From an uncultured Legionellales bacterium (GTDB lineage: Bacteria > Pseudomonadota > Gammaproteobacteria > Eutrophobiales > Eutrophobiaceae), in contig CAJWRJ010000004.1 of the NCBI GenBank assembly GCA_913046215.1, positions 2,898 to 66,897 of the forward strand: a DNA stretch of 64,000 nt. Direction: 5' to 3'. This document shows, piece by piece, positions 1 through 10,430 of the stretch. Position numbers and translations under genes: made by a program. Numbering within the stretch: the first letter of the stretch is position 1; each line of letters opens with the position of its first letter. Below the pieces are notes generated by a model. That model saw only the letters and a program-made list of their open reading frames with translations, was not told the origin of the DNA and did no database searches.

Positions 1-1415
1 AGTTTTACCTTATTACCAAATCTTTTCTTTATAGCCTCTTCAAGCTTTTCGTTTAATTCTGGGGTTAACAAATTCTCAGAGTCTGGAGACAACAATAATT
101 TAACTTTTTCATTATCTTGAGATTGTAAAATACAATTTCGAGCCAGTACTTCAACGAAACCAACAAGTTCCATTTCATTTATAATGTCTTCCCATGTGCT
201 ATTTGGATCATCTCCATCAGACCCTTTGGATTGATCTTGAGAATTACTCTCAACAGGTTTCTCTTTATTAATTACATCAACATTCTTAGTTGTTTGAATT
301 ATTTGTTTTTTTTTAATTTCTAAATCGTTTCCTGAGGGATTAAATGCCAACATACGTATCATAATCATTTCTAGTCCAGTCTTTGGATCTGGTGATAAAT
401 AAAAATCTTTGCGTCCCATCATTCCAATCTGATAATAAAGCTGGGCCTCTTCTTTTGTCATGGCATTTGCAAACTCTAGTAGCGTTTCGTCGGTTTTTCT
501 TATATGGCTTGAATCCTCAGGTAGAATTTGAAGTATGGCTATTTTGTGTAACGATCTTAATAATTCGGACAATAAATTATTGTAATCAGGATTTTTAGAT
601 GAAATCTTTTCTATGACATCTAACATTGCATCTGGGTTTGAATTAACTAGAGACTGTAATAATCCATTTATATCCTCATTTTCTACCATGCCCATTAACG
701 TACGGACTTGATCTTCTTTTAATGCGCCATTACCAAAAGATATTGCCTGATCCAATAAACTCAGAGCATCTCTTACACTTCCGGCTGCACATATTGAAAT
801 TAGTTCTACTGATTTTTTGTCGTATTTTATATTTTCTGCAACAAGAATTTTTTCTATCTGTTCAATAATTTGTTCAACTGTTAAATGGTTTAAATTAAAT
901 TGCAAACAACGAGATAATATTGTGATAGGGACTTTTTTATGTTCTGTAGTTGCAAGTAAAAATTTTACATGCGGAGGAGGTTCCTCAAGAGTTTTTAACA
1001 ATGCATTAAAACTATGCCCAGAAAACATGTGTATTTCGTCAATTAAATACACCTTATATCTTCCGCTTGTTGGTGCGTATTGGACATTCTCCATTAAATC
1101 TCTTGTTTCATCGACTTTTGAGCGTGAAGCTGCATCAACTTCAATTAAATCAATAAACCTTCCCTGATCAAGAGACGTGCACGCATTGCATTCACCGCAT
1201 GGTTTTGAACTCACACCCTTCTCACAATTAAGACATTTTGCAAAAATTCTGGCTAAAGTAGTTTTACCTACTCCCCTTGTGCCAGTAAATAAATAAGCGT
1301 GATGAAGACGATCTTGATCCAACGCATTAGATAGCGCTTTTAAAACATGCGATTGACCAACCATGTCATCAAAGATCTTTGGTCGCCATTTACGTGCTAA
1401 TACCTGATAACTCAT
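1..1415 (-). CDS. dnaX: DNA polymerase III subunit gamma/tau (3' end runs off the window)
   Basis: Manual translation from ATG at 1415 gives MSYQVLARKWRP, Walker A GTRGVGKTT, DAASRSKV and IDEIHM. Not in the ORF track, consistent with no stop inside the window. Confidence 0.96.
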   Translation of the reverse strand, partial: MSYQVLARKWRPKIFDDMVGQSHVLKALSNALDQDRLHHAYLFTGTRGVGKTTLARIFAKCLNCEKGVSSKPCGECNACTSLDQGRFIDLIEVDAASRSKVDETRDLMENVQYAPTSGRYKVYLIDEIHMFSGHSFNALLKTLEEPPPHVKFLLATTEHKKVPITILSRCLQFNLNHLTVEQIIEQIEKILVAENIKYDKKSVELISICAAGSVRDALSLLDQAISFGNGALKEDQVRTLMGMVENEDINGLLQSLVNSNPDAMLDVIEKISSKNPDYNNLLSELLRSLHKIAILQILPEDSSHIRKTDETLLEFANAMTKEEAQLYYQIGMMGRKDFYLSPDPKTGLEMIMIRMLAFNPSGNDLEIKKKQIIQTTKNVDVINKEKPVESNSQDQSKGSDGDDPNSTWEDIINEMELVGFVEVLARNCILQSQDNEKVKLLLSPDSENLLTPELNEKLEEAIKKRFGNKVK

Positions 1416-1512
1416 TATAATTTAATTTATCTTAAAAATTGTATTGTGGGTTCATCATAATACATGAGGAATTGTTCTCGGCAAATATTGCCAAAAAATC
1501 AAGTTATAAGGA

Positions 1513-1624
1513 GGTGGCCCGAACCGTTCTTACCCCGGCACACACGTCAACTGCTGCCGCTGCTCCCTCTCGGGCCTGACGGGATTCACAATATGGTGTT
1601 GCGAGGAGCCCAGCCCGAGCCACC
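1513..1624 (-). ncRNA. ffs: Signal recognition particle RNA (4.5S)
   Basis: GC-rich segment in an AT-rich spacer. The minus strand has the helix-8 motif GUCAGGCCC-GAGA-GGGAGCAGC, the termini GGUGGCUCGG and UUCGGGCCACC pair, and it lies upstream of dnaX. Confidence 0.93.
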
Positions 1625-1676
1625 ATTTAATTCGATAATTTACTTATACAATACTTAAACTTCTATTTCCTTGAAT

Positions 1677-1713
1677 AAAAAAACCCGAAAGAAAATTAGC
1701 TTCCGGGTTTTTT
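1677..1713 (-). terminator. Intrinsic terminator downstream of aceA
   Basis: Minus-strand stem CCCGGAAG/CUUUCGGG (one G-U pair) followed by a U7 tract, about 20 nt after the aceA stop. Confidence 0.8.
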
Positions 1714-1734
1714 GGAAAAAAATGATAAAAGAGC

Positions 1735-3030
1735 TTATTTTGATGCTGTATCGTCAAACTGCTCTTCTTCTGTCGAACCAGTTAATGCTGTAACTGAAGA
1801 CTTTCCTCCCTGTATAACAGTTGTTACATCATCAAAATAACCGGCACCAACTTCTTGTTGATGACTAGCGAACGTATAACCACGCTCTGATGCTGCAAAT
1901 TCTGGTTCTTGTACTTTTTCAATATATGCTGTCATGCCACGACGTACATAATCATGGGTTAATTCAAACATGTTGTACCACATGTTATGAATACCGGCTA
2001 ATGTAATAAACTGGTATTTATATCCCATTGCGCCAAGCTCTTTTTGAAATTTTGCAATGTCAGAGTCACTTAGATTCTTCTTCCAATTAAATGAAGGAGA
2101 ACAATTGTATGCTAGCAACTGATCGGGATATTCTTTTTTTATCGCCTCAGCGAATTTTTTAGCTTCATCCATATCTGGTACCGCTGTTTCACACCACAAT
2201 AAATCAGCATACGGAGCATACGCCAGACCACGTGAAATAGCCTGATCTATACCTGCTTTTGTTATATAAAATCCCTCAGAACTTCTTTCTCCGGTTATAA
2301 AGTCTTTATCGTATGGATCTACGTCAGAGGTTAATAATGCAGCAGCGTTTGCATCTGTTCTGGCAAGAACAATTGTTGGAACACCCATTGTATCAGCGGC
2401 TAATCGTGCCGCAGTTAATTTTTGAACTGCCTCTTGTGACGGAACAAGTACCTTGCCGCCCATATGTCCGCATTTTTTTACTGATGCTAATTGATCTTCA
2501 AAATGTACGCCGGAAGCACCCGCCTCAATCATGTTTTTCATTAATTCAAAAGCATTTAAAACACCGCCAAAGCCAGCTTCAGCATCGGCAACAATTGGTG
2601 CAAAAAAATCAACGTTACCACTACCTCTAGAACTTTGTATTTCATCTGCACGCTTAAATGCATTATTTATCCGAGTGACCATAGTAGGTACTGAATCTAC
2701 TGCATACAATGATTGATCTGGATACATTGTCTCGGACGTATTTCCGTCTGCGGCAACTTGCCAACCAGATAAGTAAATAGCTTTTATTCCACCCTTGACT
2801 TGCTGTACTGCCTGACCGCCTGTGACAGCGCCCAAACAATTAATATAATCTTCTTCATTAACAAGTTTCCACAGTTTCTCTGCCCCACGACGTGCCAAGG
2901 TGTGCTCTATCTGAACCGAACCACGAAGTCTCACAACATCAGCAGCAGTATAATCGCGTTTTACGCCCTTCCAGCGAGGATTTTCTGACCAATCTTGCTC
3001 GAGTTTTTTGATTTCACTGTCTTTGCTCAT
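1735..3030 (-). CDS. aceA: Isocitrate lyase
   Basis: KKCGHMGGK catalytic motif, [18 protein letters not shown]. Confidence 0.98.
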   Translation of the reverse strand: MSKDSEIKKLEQDWSENPRWKGVKRDYTAADVVRLRGSVQIEHTLARRGAEKLWKLVNEEDYINCLGAVTGGQAVQQVKGGIKAIYLSGWQVAADGNTSETMYPDQSLYAVDSVPTMVTRINNAFKRADEIQSSRGSGNVDFFAPIVADAEAGFGGVLNAFELMKNMIEAGASGVHFEDQLASVKKCGHMGGKVLVPSQEAVQKLTAARLAADTMGVPTIVLARTDANAAALLTSDVDPYDKDFITGERSSEGFYITKAGIDQAISRGLAYAPYADLLWCETAVPDMDEAKKFAEAIKKEYPDQLLAYNCSPSFNWKKNLSDSDIAKFQKELGAMGYKYQFITLAGIHNMWYNMFELTHDYVRRGMTAYIEKVQEPEFAASERGYTFASHQQEVGAGYFDDVTTVIQGGKSSVTALTGSTEEEQFDDTASK

Positions 3031-3380
3031 TACAAATACTTCCTCCGTATATTAATATTCTTATTATAATCAGCTAGTTATGTTATTAATTATTATTTTT
3101 TAACCGACTCGATAATAAAAAGGCCGCATATCATGCCATTAGTTTGAATGTCTGTGAACTGTTCGTTCTAAATTTAATTGAAATATGGTGTAAAATTTTC
3201 TTAATGATCCGCCCAAATTTCCAAAAAACACATAAATTACATACAAATAAAGCCTATTAGCAATTCTTTGTATCTTTGGTAATAATTATATGTATCTTAC
3301 GGATCTTGAATACATAATTATGTAAAATTTGAAAAAATAACTCGATAACATACATATAAAGTAGATTAAAATTAAAGATA

Positions 3381-3701
3381 ATGTCAGAAAAACTTAACGA
3401 ATACAGTGACGCTGATTTAGCAATTAAAGAGGCTAAACCAAAGCTTAGACGTCCGCCACTCTACAAGGTTGTATTAATCAATGATGATTTTACACCAATG
3501 GAATTTGTTGTTCATATTTTAGAATTTTTCTTTTCGATAAAAAAAGAAGATGCTACGCGTATCATGTTAGAAGTACATACAAGTGGTAAAGGGGTTTGCG
3601 GACTATTTACACACGAAATTGCAGAAACCAAAGTTTCTCTTGTGAATGATTACTCGCGAGAAAACCAACACCCTCTTCTTTGTACCATGGAAAAAGCATA
3701 A
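3381..3701 (+). CDS. clpS: ATP-dependent Clp protease adaptor ClpS
   Basis: [17 protein letters not shown] and HPLLCTME; directly upstream of clpA. Confidence 0.97.
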   Translation: MSEKLNEYSDADLAIKEAKPKLRRPPLYKVVLINDDFTPMEFVVHILEFFFSIKKEDATRIMLEVHTSGKGVCGLFTHEIAETKVSLVNDYSRENQHPLLCTMEKA

Positions 3702-3711
3702 AAATAAACAA

Positions 3712-5982
3712 ATGTTAAATAAAGAATTAGAGCAAACGCTAAATAATTTATTCACTGAAGCTAGAGAACAGCGTCATGAATTTATGACGATAGAGCACTT
3801 GCTGTTTGCATTATTAAATAATAACTCTGCTGCATCTGTTCTAAACGCATGTGGTGCTAATCTAAATAGCCTGCATGATAATTTGATCAAATTCATTCAA
3901 GACAATTCCATTATTGTTGACAATATCGATGAACGAGATACTCAGCCAACAATTGGATTTCAGAGAGTCTTACAGCGTGCTGTTTTCAATGTTCAATCAT
4001 CTGGTAAAGAAGAAGTAAGTGGAGCAAATGTTCTAGTAGCAATATTTGGTGAGCGTGATTCGCATGCGGTTTATTTCTTAAATCAACAAAATATCTCAAA
4101 ATTAGATATAACAAATTATATTTCTCATGGCATTGCTAATATAGATAGTAAAGAGAATGATATGGATATAGATTTTGATGAAACGGAGATAGAGTCTAAC
4201 CAAAATGATAAACCTGATAATTTGCTTAATAGTTTTGCTGTTAATCTCAATGAGAAAGCTATTGAAGGAAAAATAGATCCTTTAATTGGAAGGAAGGTTG
4301 AAGTTCAAAGAACAATCCAAGTTCTTTGTCGTCGAAGAAAAAATAATCCTTTATATGTTGGTGAAGCAGGAGTAGGTAAAACTGCAATTGCCGAAGGCCT
4401 AGCAAAACTAATTGTTGATGGGGAAGTGCCCGATGTTTTAATGGATAGTGTTATTTTCTCGCTTGATTTAAGTGCGCTACTCGCAGGCACAAAATACAGA
4501 GGGGATTTTGAAAAACGATTGAAAAATGTTATTGCAGAATTAAAAAAACAACCAAATCTGATTTTATTTATTGATGAGATACATACCATTATAGGAGCTG
4601 GTGCAGCATCTGGTGGTGTGATGGATGCTTCAAATATAATTAAACCTGTTCTTGCTTCTGGCGAATTAAAATGCATTGGATCGACGACATATCAGGAATA
4701 CAGAGGCATTTTCGAGAAAGATCATGCTTTAACAAGACGATTCCAAAAAATTGACGTTTCTGAACCTACAATCGATGAAACTATTAAAATTCTTGAAGGA
4801 TTAAAACAAAAATTTGAGGAACATCATAAAATAAAATATACACGCCAAGCACTAAAAACTGCCGTTGAGCTTACAGAACGTTATATAAATGACAGACAAT
4901 TGCCAGATAAAGCTATTGATGTTATCGATGAGGCAGGTGCAGCGCAAAAATTACTTCCTGAATCTAAAAGAAAAAAAACTATAGGCGTAAATGATATTGA
5001 AAATATTGTTGCAAAAATTGCACGTATACCGGCAAAAACAGTTACCAGCAGTGATAAAGATACAATTAAGAATCTTGAACGTAATTTAAAAATGGTTGTT
5101 TTTGGTCAAGATGAGGCAATCGATATGCTTAGTAATACTATAAAAATGTCTCGCTCAGGATTAGCTAGTACACAAAAACCAATTGGAAATTTTCTATTTG
5201 CTGGACCTACAGGTGTAGGAAAAACTGAGGTTACAAAACAACTTGCGATGCATTTAGGTATAGAATTGGTTCGTTTTGATATGTCTGAATATATGGAAAG
5301 ACACACAGTATCAAGATTGATTGGTGCACCACCAGGATATGTCGGGTTTGATCAAGGCGGTCTCCTTACTGATGCAATTAATAAAAAGCCACATTGTGTA
5401 TTATTACTCGATGAAATAGAGAAGGCTAATCCTGATATTTTCAATTTAATGCTTCAAATATTTGATCATGGCACACTAACTGATGCTAACGGTCGTAAAA
5501 CTGATTTTCGTAATGTGATCATAGTTATGACAACAAATGCAGGTGCTGAAAGAATTAGCAGAGCGTCGGTCGGCTTTACATCGCAAGATCATACAAGTGA
5601 CGCTGCTGAAAGCATTAAAAAGTTTTTTAATCCTGAGTTTCGTAATCGACTTGATGCAATCATTCATTTCAACCCACTTGATAAAAAAACTATTTCTAAT
5701 GTAGTTGATAAATTCATTATTGAACTTGAAGCTCAACTTGAGGACAAAAAAGTAACGATTGAAATTACAGAAAATGCTCGTGAATGGTTGGCTAACAAAG
5801 GTTATGACAGAATAATGGGTGCTAGACCGATGTCGCGTTTAATTCAAAAAAATATCAAACGTCCGCTTGCAGAGGAACTTTTATTTGGAAAACTCATGAA
5901 TGGTGGGCATGTTTTAGCATCAGTAGAAAACGATTCAATCAAAGTAGAAGTAATGGAAAAAGAACTGGAGCACTCTTCATAG
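3712..5982 (+). CDS. clpA: ATP-dependent Clp protease ATP-binding subunit ClpA
   Basis: Two AAA modules (GEAGVGKT, GPTGVGKT). The likely start is MLNKELE at 3712 rather than 3646, which would overlap clpS. Confidence 0.96.
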   Translation: MLNKELEQTLNNLFTEAREQRHEFMTIEHLLFALLNNNSAASVLNACGANLNSLHDNLIKFIQDNSIIVDNIDERDTQPTIGFQRVLQRAVFNVQSSGKEEVSGANVLVAIFGERDSHAVYFLNQQNISKLDITNYISHGIANIDSKENDMDIDFDETEIESNQNDKPDNLLNSFAVNLNEKAIEGKIDPLIGRKVEVQRTIQVLCRRRKNNPLYVGEAGVGKTAIAEGLAKLIVDGEVPDVLMDSVIFSLDLSALLAGTKYRGDFEKRLKNVIAELKKQPNLILFIDEIHTIIGAGAASGGVMDASNIIKPVLASGELKCIGSTTYQEYRGIFEKDHALTRRFQKIDVSEPTIDETIKILEGLKQKFEEHHKIKYTRQALKTAVELTERYINDRQLPDKAIDVIDEAGAAQKLLPESKRKKTIGVNDIENIVAKIARIPAKTVTSSDKDTIKNLERNLKMVVFGQDEAIDMLSNTIKMSRSGLASTQKPIGNFLFAGPTGVGKTEVTKQLAMHLGIELVRFDMSEYMERHTVSRLIGAPPGYVGFDQGGLLTDAINKKPHCVLLLDEIEKANPDIFNLMLQIFDHGTLTDANGRKTDFRNVIIVMTTNAGAERISRASVGFTSQDHTSDAAESIKKFFNPEFRNRLDAIIHFNPLDKKTISNVVDKFIIELEAQLEDKKVTIEITENAREWLANKGYDRIMGARPMSRLIQKNIKRPLAEELLFGKLMNGGHVLASVENDSIKVEVMEKELEHSS

Positions 5983-6045
5983 ATAATCAAATCCTACTAG
6001 ATAGCTACTGGGTTCCAGTATATATAATAAATTCACGAAATTATT

Positions 6046-7725
6046 ATGACCAAAAAATTAAACAAGTTTAGCTCTCGAATAACTGAACCAAAATCGCAAG
6101 GCGCTTCTCAAGCAATGCTATATGGTACGGGCATGAAAGAAGAGGATATGTCTAAAGCGCAAGTGGGTATATCGAGTATCTGGTATGAAGGAAACACTTG
6201 TAACATGCATCTTCTTGCACTAGCAGAAAAAGTTAAGGAAGGCGTTATAGATGCCGGTCTCGTTGGCATGAGATTTAATACTGTTGGTGTTAGTGATGGT
6301 ATTTCAATGGGAACAGAGGGAATGAGTTTTTCCCTTCAATCACGCGACTTAATTGCAGACTCAATTGAAACTGTAATGTCTGCTCAGTGGTATGACGCTA
6401 ACATTTCCATTCCGGGGTGTGACAAAAATATGCCGGGTTGTTTAATAGCAATGGGAAGATTAAATCGTCCATCTCTGATGATATACGGGGGAACTATAAA
6501 ACCAGGTTATTACGAGAATAATAAAATCGATATTATTTCCGCTTTTCAGAGCTACGGTGAATTTATTTCTGGAAATATAGATGATCAAAAAAGAAAGGAG
6601 ATTATAAAAAAATCTTGTCCGGGTGCTGGCGCGTGTGGTGGCATGTACACAGCAAATACTATGGCATCTGCTATCGAAGCAATGGGTATGTCGCTTCCAT
6701 ACAGCTCTTCCACTCCTGCAGTTGATGAAAAAAAATTAAACGAGTGCTTTGAAGCGGGAAAAGCTATTAAATATCTATTGAAAGAAGATATAAAACCAAG
6801 AGAAATCATGACCCGTGATGCATTTGAAAACGCTATGGTTCTAGTCACAGCGCTGGGGGGTTCAACTAATGCTGTCTTGCATTTATTAGCAATGGCACGT
6901 TCTGTTAATATTGATTTAACAATCGATGATTTTCAATCTGTCAGCAATCGTATTCCGTATCTTGCAGATTTAAAACCAAGTGGACAGTATGTTATGGAAG
7001 ATCTTCATAAAATTGGTGGTACGCCAGCTGTCATGAAGTTCTTACTCGACAATGATTTATTGTATGGAGATTGTCTTACTGTAACGGGAAAAACAATAAA
7101 AGAAAATCTTCTGGATGTGCCAAAATTAAGTAATGACCAAAAAATAATTTCGCCACTTAACAAACCCCTTAAATCAAGTGGTCATATACGAATTCTAAAA
7201 GGAAACCTTGCGCCTGGTGGTTCGGTTGCAAAAATTACTGGTAAAGAAGGCGAAACTTTTTCCGGACCAGCAAAAGTTTATGATTCTGAAGAGGCCATGT
7301 TAACTTCATTAGAAAACAAAGAAATAAAAAAAGGAGACGTTATTATAATTCGATATGAAGGGCCCAAAGGCGGTCCAGGAATGCCAGAAATGTTAACGCC
7401 AACATCCGCGATTATTGGTGCGGGTTTAGGTAATGATGTTGCTATGATAACTGATGGAAGGTTTTCTGGAGGTTCTCATGGATTCATTATTGGTCATGTA
7501 GTACCCGAAGCTCAAGAAGGAGGACCGATTGCTTTTATTAAAAACGGAGACATTGTAACAATTGATGCTAAAGAAAATAAAATTGAATTTGAATTAAATA
7601 GTGAAGAATTCAACAACAGAAAAGCAAAATGGAAAATGCCTCCATATAAAGCTAATCGAGGAACACTTTATAAATATATTAAAAATGTAAAAACCGCATC
7701 TGAAGGGTGTGTGACAGATGAATAA
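6046..7725 (+). CDS. ilvD: Dihydroxy-acid dehydratase
   Basis: [40 protein letters not shown]. Confidence 0.97.
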   Translation: MTKKLNKFSSRITEPKSQGASQAMLYGTGMKEEDMSKAQVGISSIWYEGNTCNMHLLALAEKVKEGVIDAGLVGMRFNTVGVSDGISMGTEGMSFSLQSRDLIADSIETVMSAQWYDANISIPGCDKNMPGCLIAMGRLNRPSLMIYGGTIKPGYYENNKIDIISAFQSYGEFISGNIDDQKRKEIIKKSCPGAGACGGMYTANTMASAIEAMGMSLPYSSSTPAVDEKKLNECFEAGKAIKYLLKEDIKPREIMTRDAFENAMVLVTALGGSTNAVLHLLAMARSVNIDLTIDDFQSVSNRIPYLADLKPSGQYVMEDLHKIGGTPAVMKFLLDNDLLYGDCLTVTGKTIKENLLDVPKLSNDQKIISPLNKPLKSSGHIRILKGNLAPGGSVAKITGKEGETFSGPAKVYDSEEAMLTSLENKEIKKGDVIIIRYEGPKGGPGMPEMLTPTSAIIGAGLGNDVAMITDGRFSGGSHGFIIGHVVPEAQEGGPIAFIKNGDIVTIDAKENKIEFELNSEEFNNRKAKWKMPPYKANRGTLYKYIKNVKTASEGCVTDE

Positions 7726-8328
7726 TCAAGTCATCGTTCGCTGATACCTTTTATAATACTTCATAACCTTTTTTATATAATTTTTTGTTTCTTTATACGG
7801 TGGAACTTTATTCTGGTATTTTTTAACAGCATTCTCGCCTGCATTGTATGCTGCTAATGCTAATTTTATATCATTATTAAACATGTTTAATAAGTCACTA
7901 AAATAACGTGAGCCTCCATTAATGTTTTGTTTTACATTGCGGCGATTGATTACACCATAACGTTTTCCGGTCTCAGGCATTAGTTGCATTAGACCAACTG
8001 CACCAGCAGTTGATACTGCATTTGGGTCATACCATGACTCAACAGTAATTATCGCATGTAATAATGCATGAGAAAGATTATAAGTCTTTGCCACACTCCT
8101 AATCATTGCATCGTATTTTTTTTGATGGCCTAGCCAATCAAAATTCTCTGGTTTTTTTTGTTCCACCCAACCTTTCCAAGTCCTTACTAATTTTTTATAC
8201 CCTTTATGCTCAGGTTTATCAGTAAAAATGATACGTCCATCTTTATCTATATATCGATAGACATCAGCATTTATTGAAAATATAGATAGAAATAGTGAAA
8301 AAAATAATATGGCTTTTGTATATGACAT
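7726..8328 (-). CDS. Lytic transglycosylase (SLT domain) with signal peptide and DUF4124-like N-terminus
   Basis: VES, AVGLMQLMP, LAAYNAGE and ETKNYI motifs; N-terminal YRYIDKDGRIIFTDKP. Confidence 0.9.
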   Translation of the reverse strand: MSYTKAILFFSLFLSIFSINADVYRYIDKDGRIIFTDKPEHKGYKKLVRTWKGWVEQKKPENFDWLGHQKKYDAMIRSVAKTYNLSHALLHAIITVESWYDPNAVSTAGAVGLMQLMPETGKRYGVINRRNVKQNINGGSRYFSDLLNMFNNDIKLALAAYNAGENAVKKYQNKVPPYKETKNYIKKVMKYYKRYQRTMT

Positions 8329-8340
8329 TTTATTCAGCTT

Positions 8341-8838
8341 CTAAATAAATTCTATTAAGTTGATAATTACATGAATAACTATTAATGAAAAAATTCCGGC
8401 AACAAAATCATCCAGCATTGTACCTAAACCATTTTGAATTTTTCTATCAACAAGCGATATAGGCCAAGGCTTTATAATATCGAAAGCCCTGAAAAGTACG
8501 AAACCTAACAATATCCATATCCAATCTCTAGGAACCATAACCATGGTAACTAAATAACCAACGATTTCGTCCCAAACTATCGAAGGGTGATCATGATTAT
8601 CTAAATACTTTCCAGTATAATCACAACAAAAAATACCAAAGATAAAAAAAGAGATAATAATTGCAAAATAAAGGATCAAATTATTGGAAGGCAAGAGAAT
8701 ATATATCAATACACCAACAAGTGTTCCCATGGTTCCAGGCGCCTTTGTCAAAAGACCAGTACCAAAACCCAATGCAAAAAAATGTAGAGGGTTTTTCAAA
8801 GTTTTTACAGAAACTTGTATTTTTTTATATTTACCCAT
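8341..8838 (-). CDS. pgpA: Phosphatidylglycerophosphatase A
   Basis: GFGTG-APGTMG, DHPSIVWDEIVG, FRAFDIIKPWP, MLDDFVAG. Confidence 0.95.
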   Translation of the reverse strand: MGKYKKIQVSVKTLKNPLHFFALGFGTGLLTKAPGTMGTLVGVLIYILLPSNNLILYFAIIISFFIFGIFCCDYTGKYLDNHDHPSIVWDEIVGYLVTMVMVPRDWIWILLGFVLFRAFDIIKPWPISLVDRKIQNGLGTMLDDFVAGIFSLIVIHVIINLIEFI

Positions 8839-8963
8839 AAATTGATAAAGAAATTAGACTGTTTATATAAAATATTATAATTTATTAATTTACTCATGGA
8901 TAGAATTAGGTATACGATTATAAAAATTAACTTAAAACTCATAAAAACTATAAGGAAAAATAA

Positions 8964-9788
8964 ATGAATTTCTTACGTATGCAAATCTTTTCTCTCATTG
9001 CTTTTTCAGCATTAATCACGAATAGCTATGCAATGGATAATAGTACTGAAATATTAATCAATGAAGCTATAGAAGGTGAACACAGAACAAAAGAAAATAA
9101 AGCACGAGATATCTATCGTCACCCAAAAGAAACATTGTTATTTTTTGGTATTGAATTACACATGTCAGTACTTGAAATATTGCCTGGTCGTGGTTGGTAT
9201 ACTGAGATACTTGCACCTGTACTTAAAAGTAGTGGGCAATTAACAATTGCTGGTTTTGGAGAGAATCATCCCAATGACTATCTTCGTAAATCTCATACTA
9301 AACTTATGGAGCATCTTGGTAAAAACACTGAGGTCTACAAGAAAGTGAATTTCATTATTTTTAATAATGAGAACTCATTCCTCAAAGAAATTGATTCGAA
9401 TTCACAAGATATGATCTTAACTTTTAGAAACAATCATAACTGGATAAGAAGTGGTAATACTAAAAATATCTATCAAGCATTTCATCGTGTTCTAAAAAAA
9501 GGAGGTATCCTAGGTGTGGTACAACATCGAGGAGAAAAAGATGATAACCCGGATGAAAGCGCAAAAAACGGCTATGTGTCAGAAAAGTTTATAATCAATA
9601 TAGCCGAAAAATATGGGTTTGAACTCATAGAAAAATCTGAAATTAATGCAAATAAAAAAGATACAAAAAATCATCCGAAGGGTGTCTGGACATTACCACC
9701 TACACTTCGTCTAGGTGAAACTGATAAGGATAAGTATATCGAAATCGGTGAGAGTGACCGTATGACATTGAAATTTATTAAATTATGA
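8964..9788 (+). CDS. Predicted class I SAM-dependent methyltransferase with signal peptide (COG4798-like)
   Basis: RDIYRHPKETL, VLEILPGRGWYT, TFRNNHNW, GVWTLPP, IGESDRMTLKF; hydrophobic N-terminus ending SYA. Confidence 0.8.
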   Translation: MNFLRMQIFSLIAFSALITNSYAMDNSTEILINEAIEGEHRTKENKARDIYRHPKETLLFFGIELHMSVLEILPGRGWYTEILAPVLKSSGQLTIAGFGENHPNDYLRKSHTKLMEHLGKNTEVYKKVNFIIFNNENSFLKEIDSNSQDMILTFRNNHNWIRSGNTKNIYQAFHRVLKKGGILGVVQHRGEKDDNPDESAKNGYVSEKFIINIAEKYGFELIEKSEINANKKDTKNHPKGVWTLPPTLRLGETDKDKYIEIGESDRMTLKFIKL

Positions 9789-10105
9789 TAAAAAAAATAA
9801 TCAATATCCTACTCTTGAATATATTAAGTTTTCTATATGTTAATGGATATGCAGAAATAACGATAAAGGACTGCAACAAACATAAAATTAGCGTGCTAGA
9901 GAACATAAATACTGAAACTCAAATGAATGAAAAGGAAATTTCGCTTTTGAGTAAAATTATAATGGATTCGTGTATAAATAATATTATCAACACCAATAAC
10001 AACATTATAAATATAGAAGATGATAAGGATTGGTTTACAGAAAAAATTCTATCTGGTAATAAGAGTAAGAAAGACGGAAATAAAAGATTAAAAAATCTAA
10101 AATAA
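9785..10105 (+). CDS. Hypothetical exported protein
   Basis: ATGA overlap with the upstream gene, signal-peptide-like N-terminus, two Cys, basic C-terminus. Confidence 0.6.
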   Translation: MIKKIINILLLNILSFLYVNGYAEITIKDCNKHKISVLENINTETQMNEKEISLLSKIIMDSCINNIINTNNNIINIEDDKDWFTEKILSGNKSKKDGNKRLKNLK

Positions 10106-10108
10106 ACG

Positions 10109-10417
10109 ATGCAAGAAGTATACAATCAAGTAAAGAAACAACCTGATTTTCAGAAGCTCGTGAAACTACGTAAAAAAGTTAGCTTGACGCTTACTTCGAT
10201 TGTAATTTTATCCTATTTTTCATTTATTCTGATTATTGCCTTTTACCCAGATATATTCTCTCAAAAAATATCTCCAGATAATGCAACAACACTTGGAATT
10301 TTTGTAGGTTTACTTATAATTTTATTGAGTATTTTTCTAACTGGTATATATATTTATATAGCTAATAAAAAATTCGATGTTATAAATAATAAAATTATAA
10401 AAAAATTAGAACAATAA
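10109..10417 (+). CDS. yjcH: DUF485 (YjcH-like) membrane protein
   Basis: Two TM segments, [10 protein letters not shown] motif, directly upstream of actP. Confidence 0.85.
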   Translation: MQEVYNQVKKQPDFQKLVKLRKKVSLTLTSIVILSYFSFILIIAFYPDIFSQKISPDNATTLGIFVGLLIILLSIFLTGIYIYIANKKFDVINNKIIKKLEQ

Positions 10418-10430
10418 CCTTAGTTTTAAA

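Noticed and set aside
383-1658. Plus-strand ORFs 383..598, 817..1167 and 1464..1658
   Set aside because: They are antisense shadows of dnaX and the SRP RNA.
3646-3711. N-terminal extension of ClpA in the ORF track
   Set aside because: It overlaps clpS, and the ClpA-like sequence starts at the ATG at 3712.
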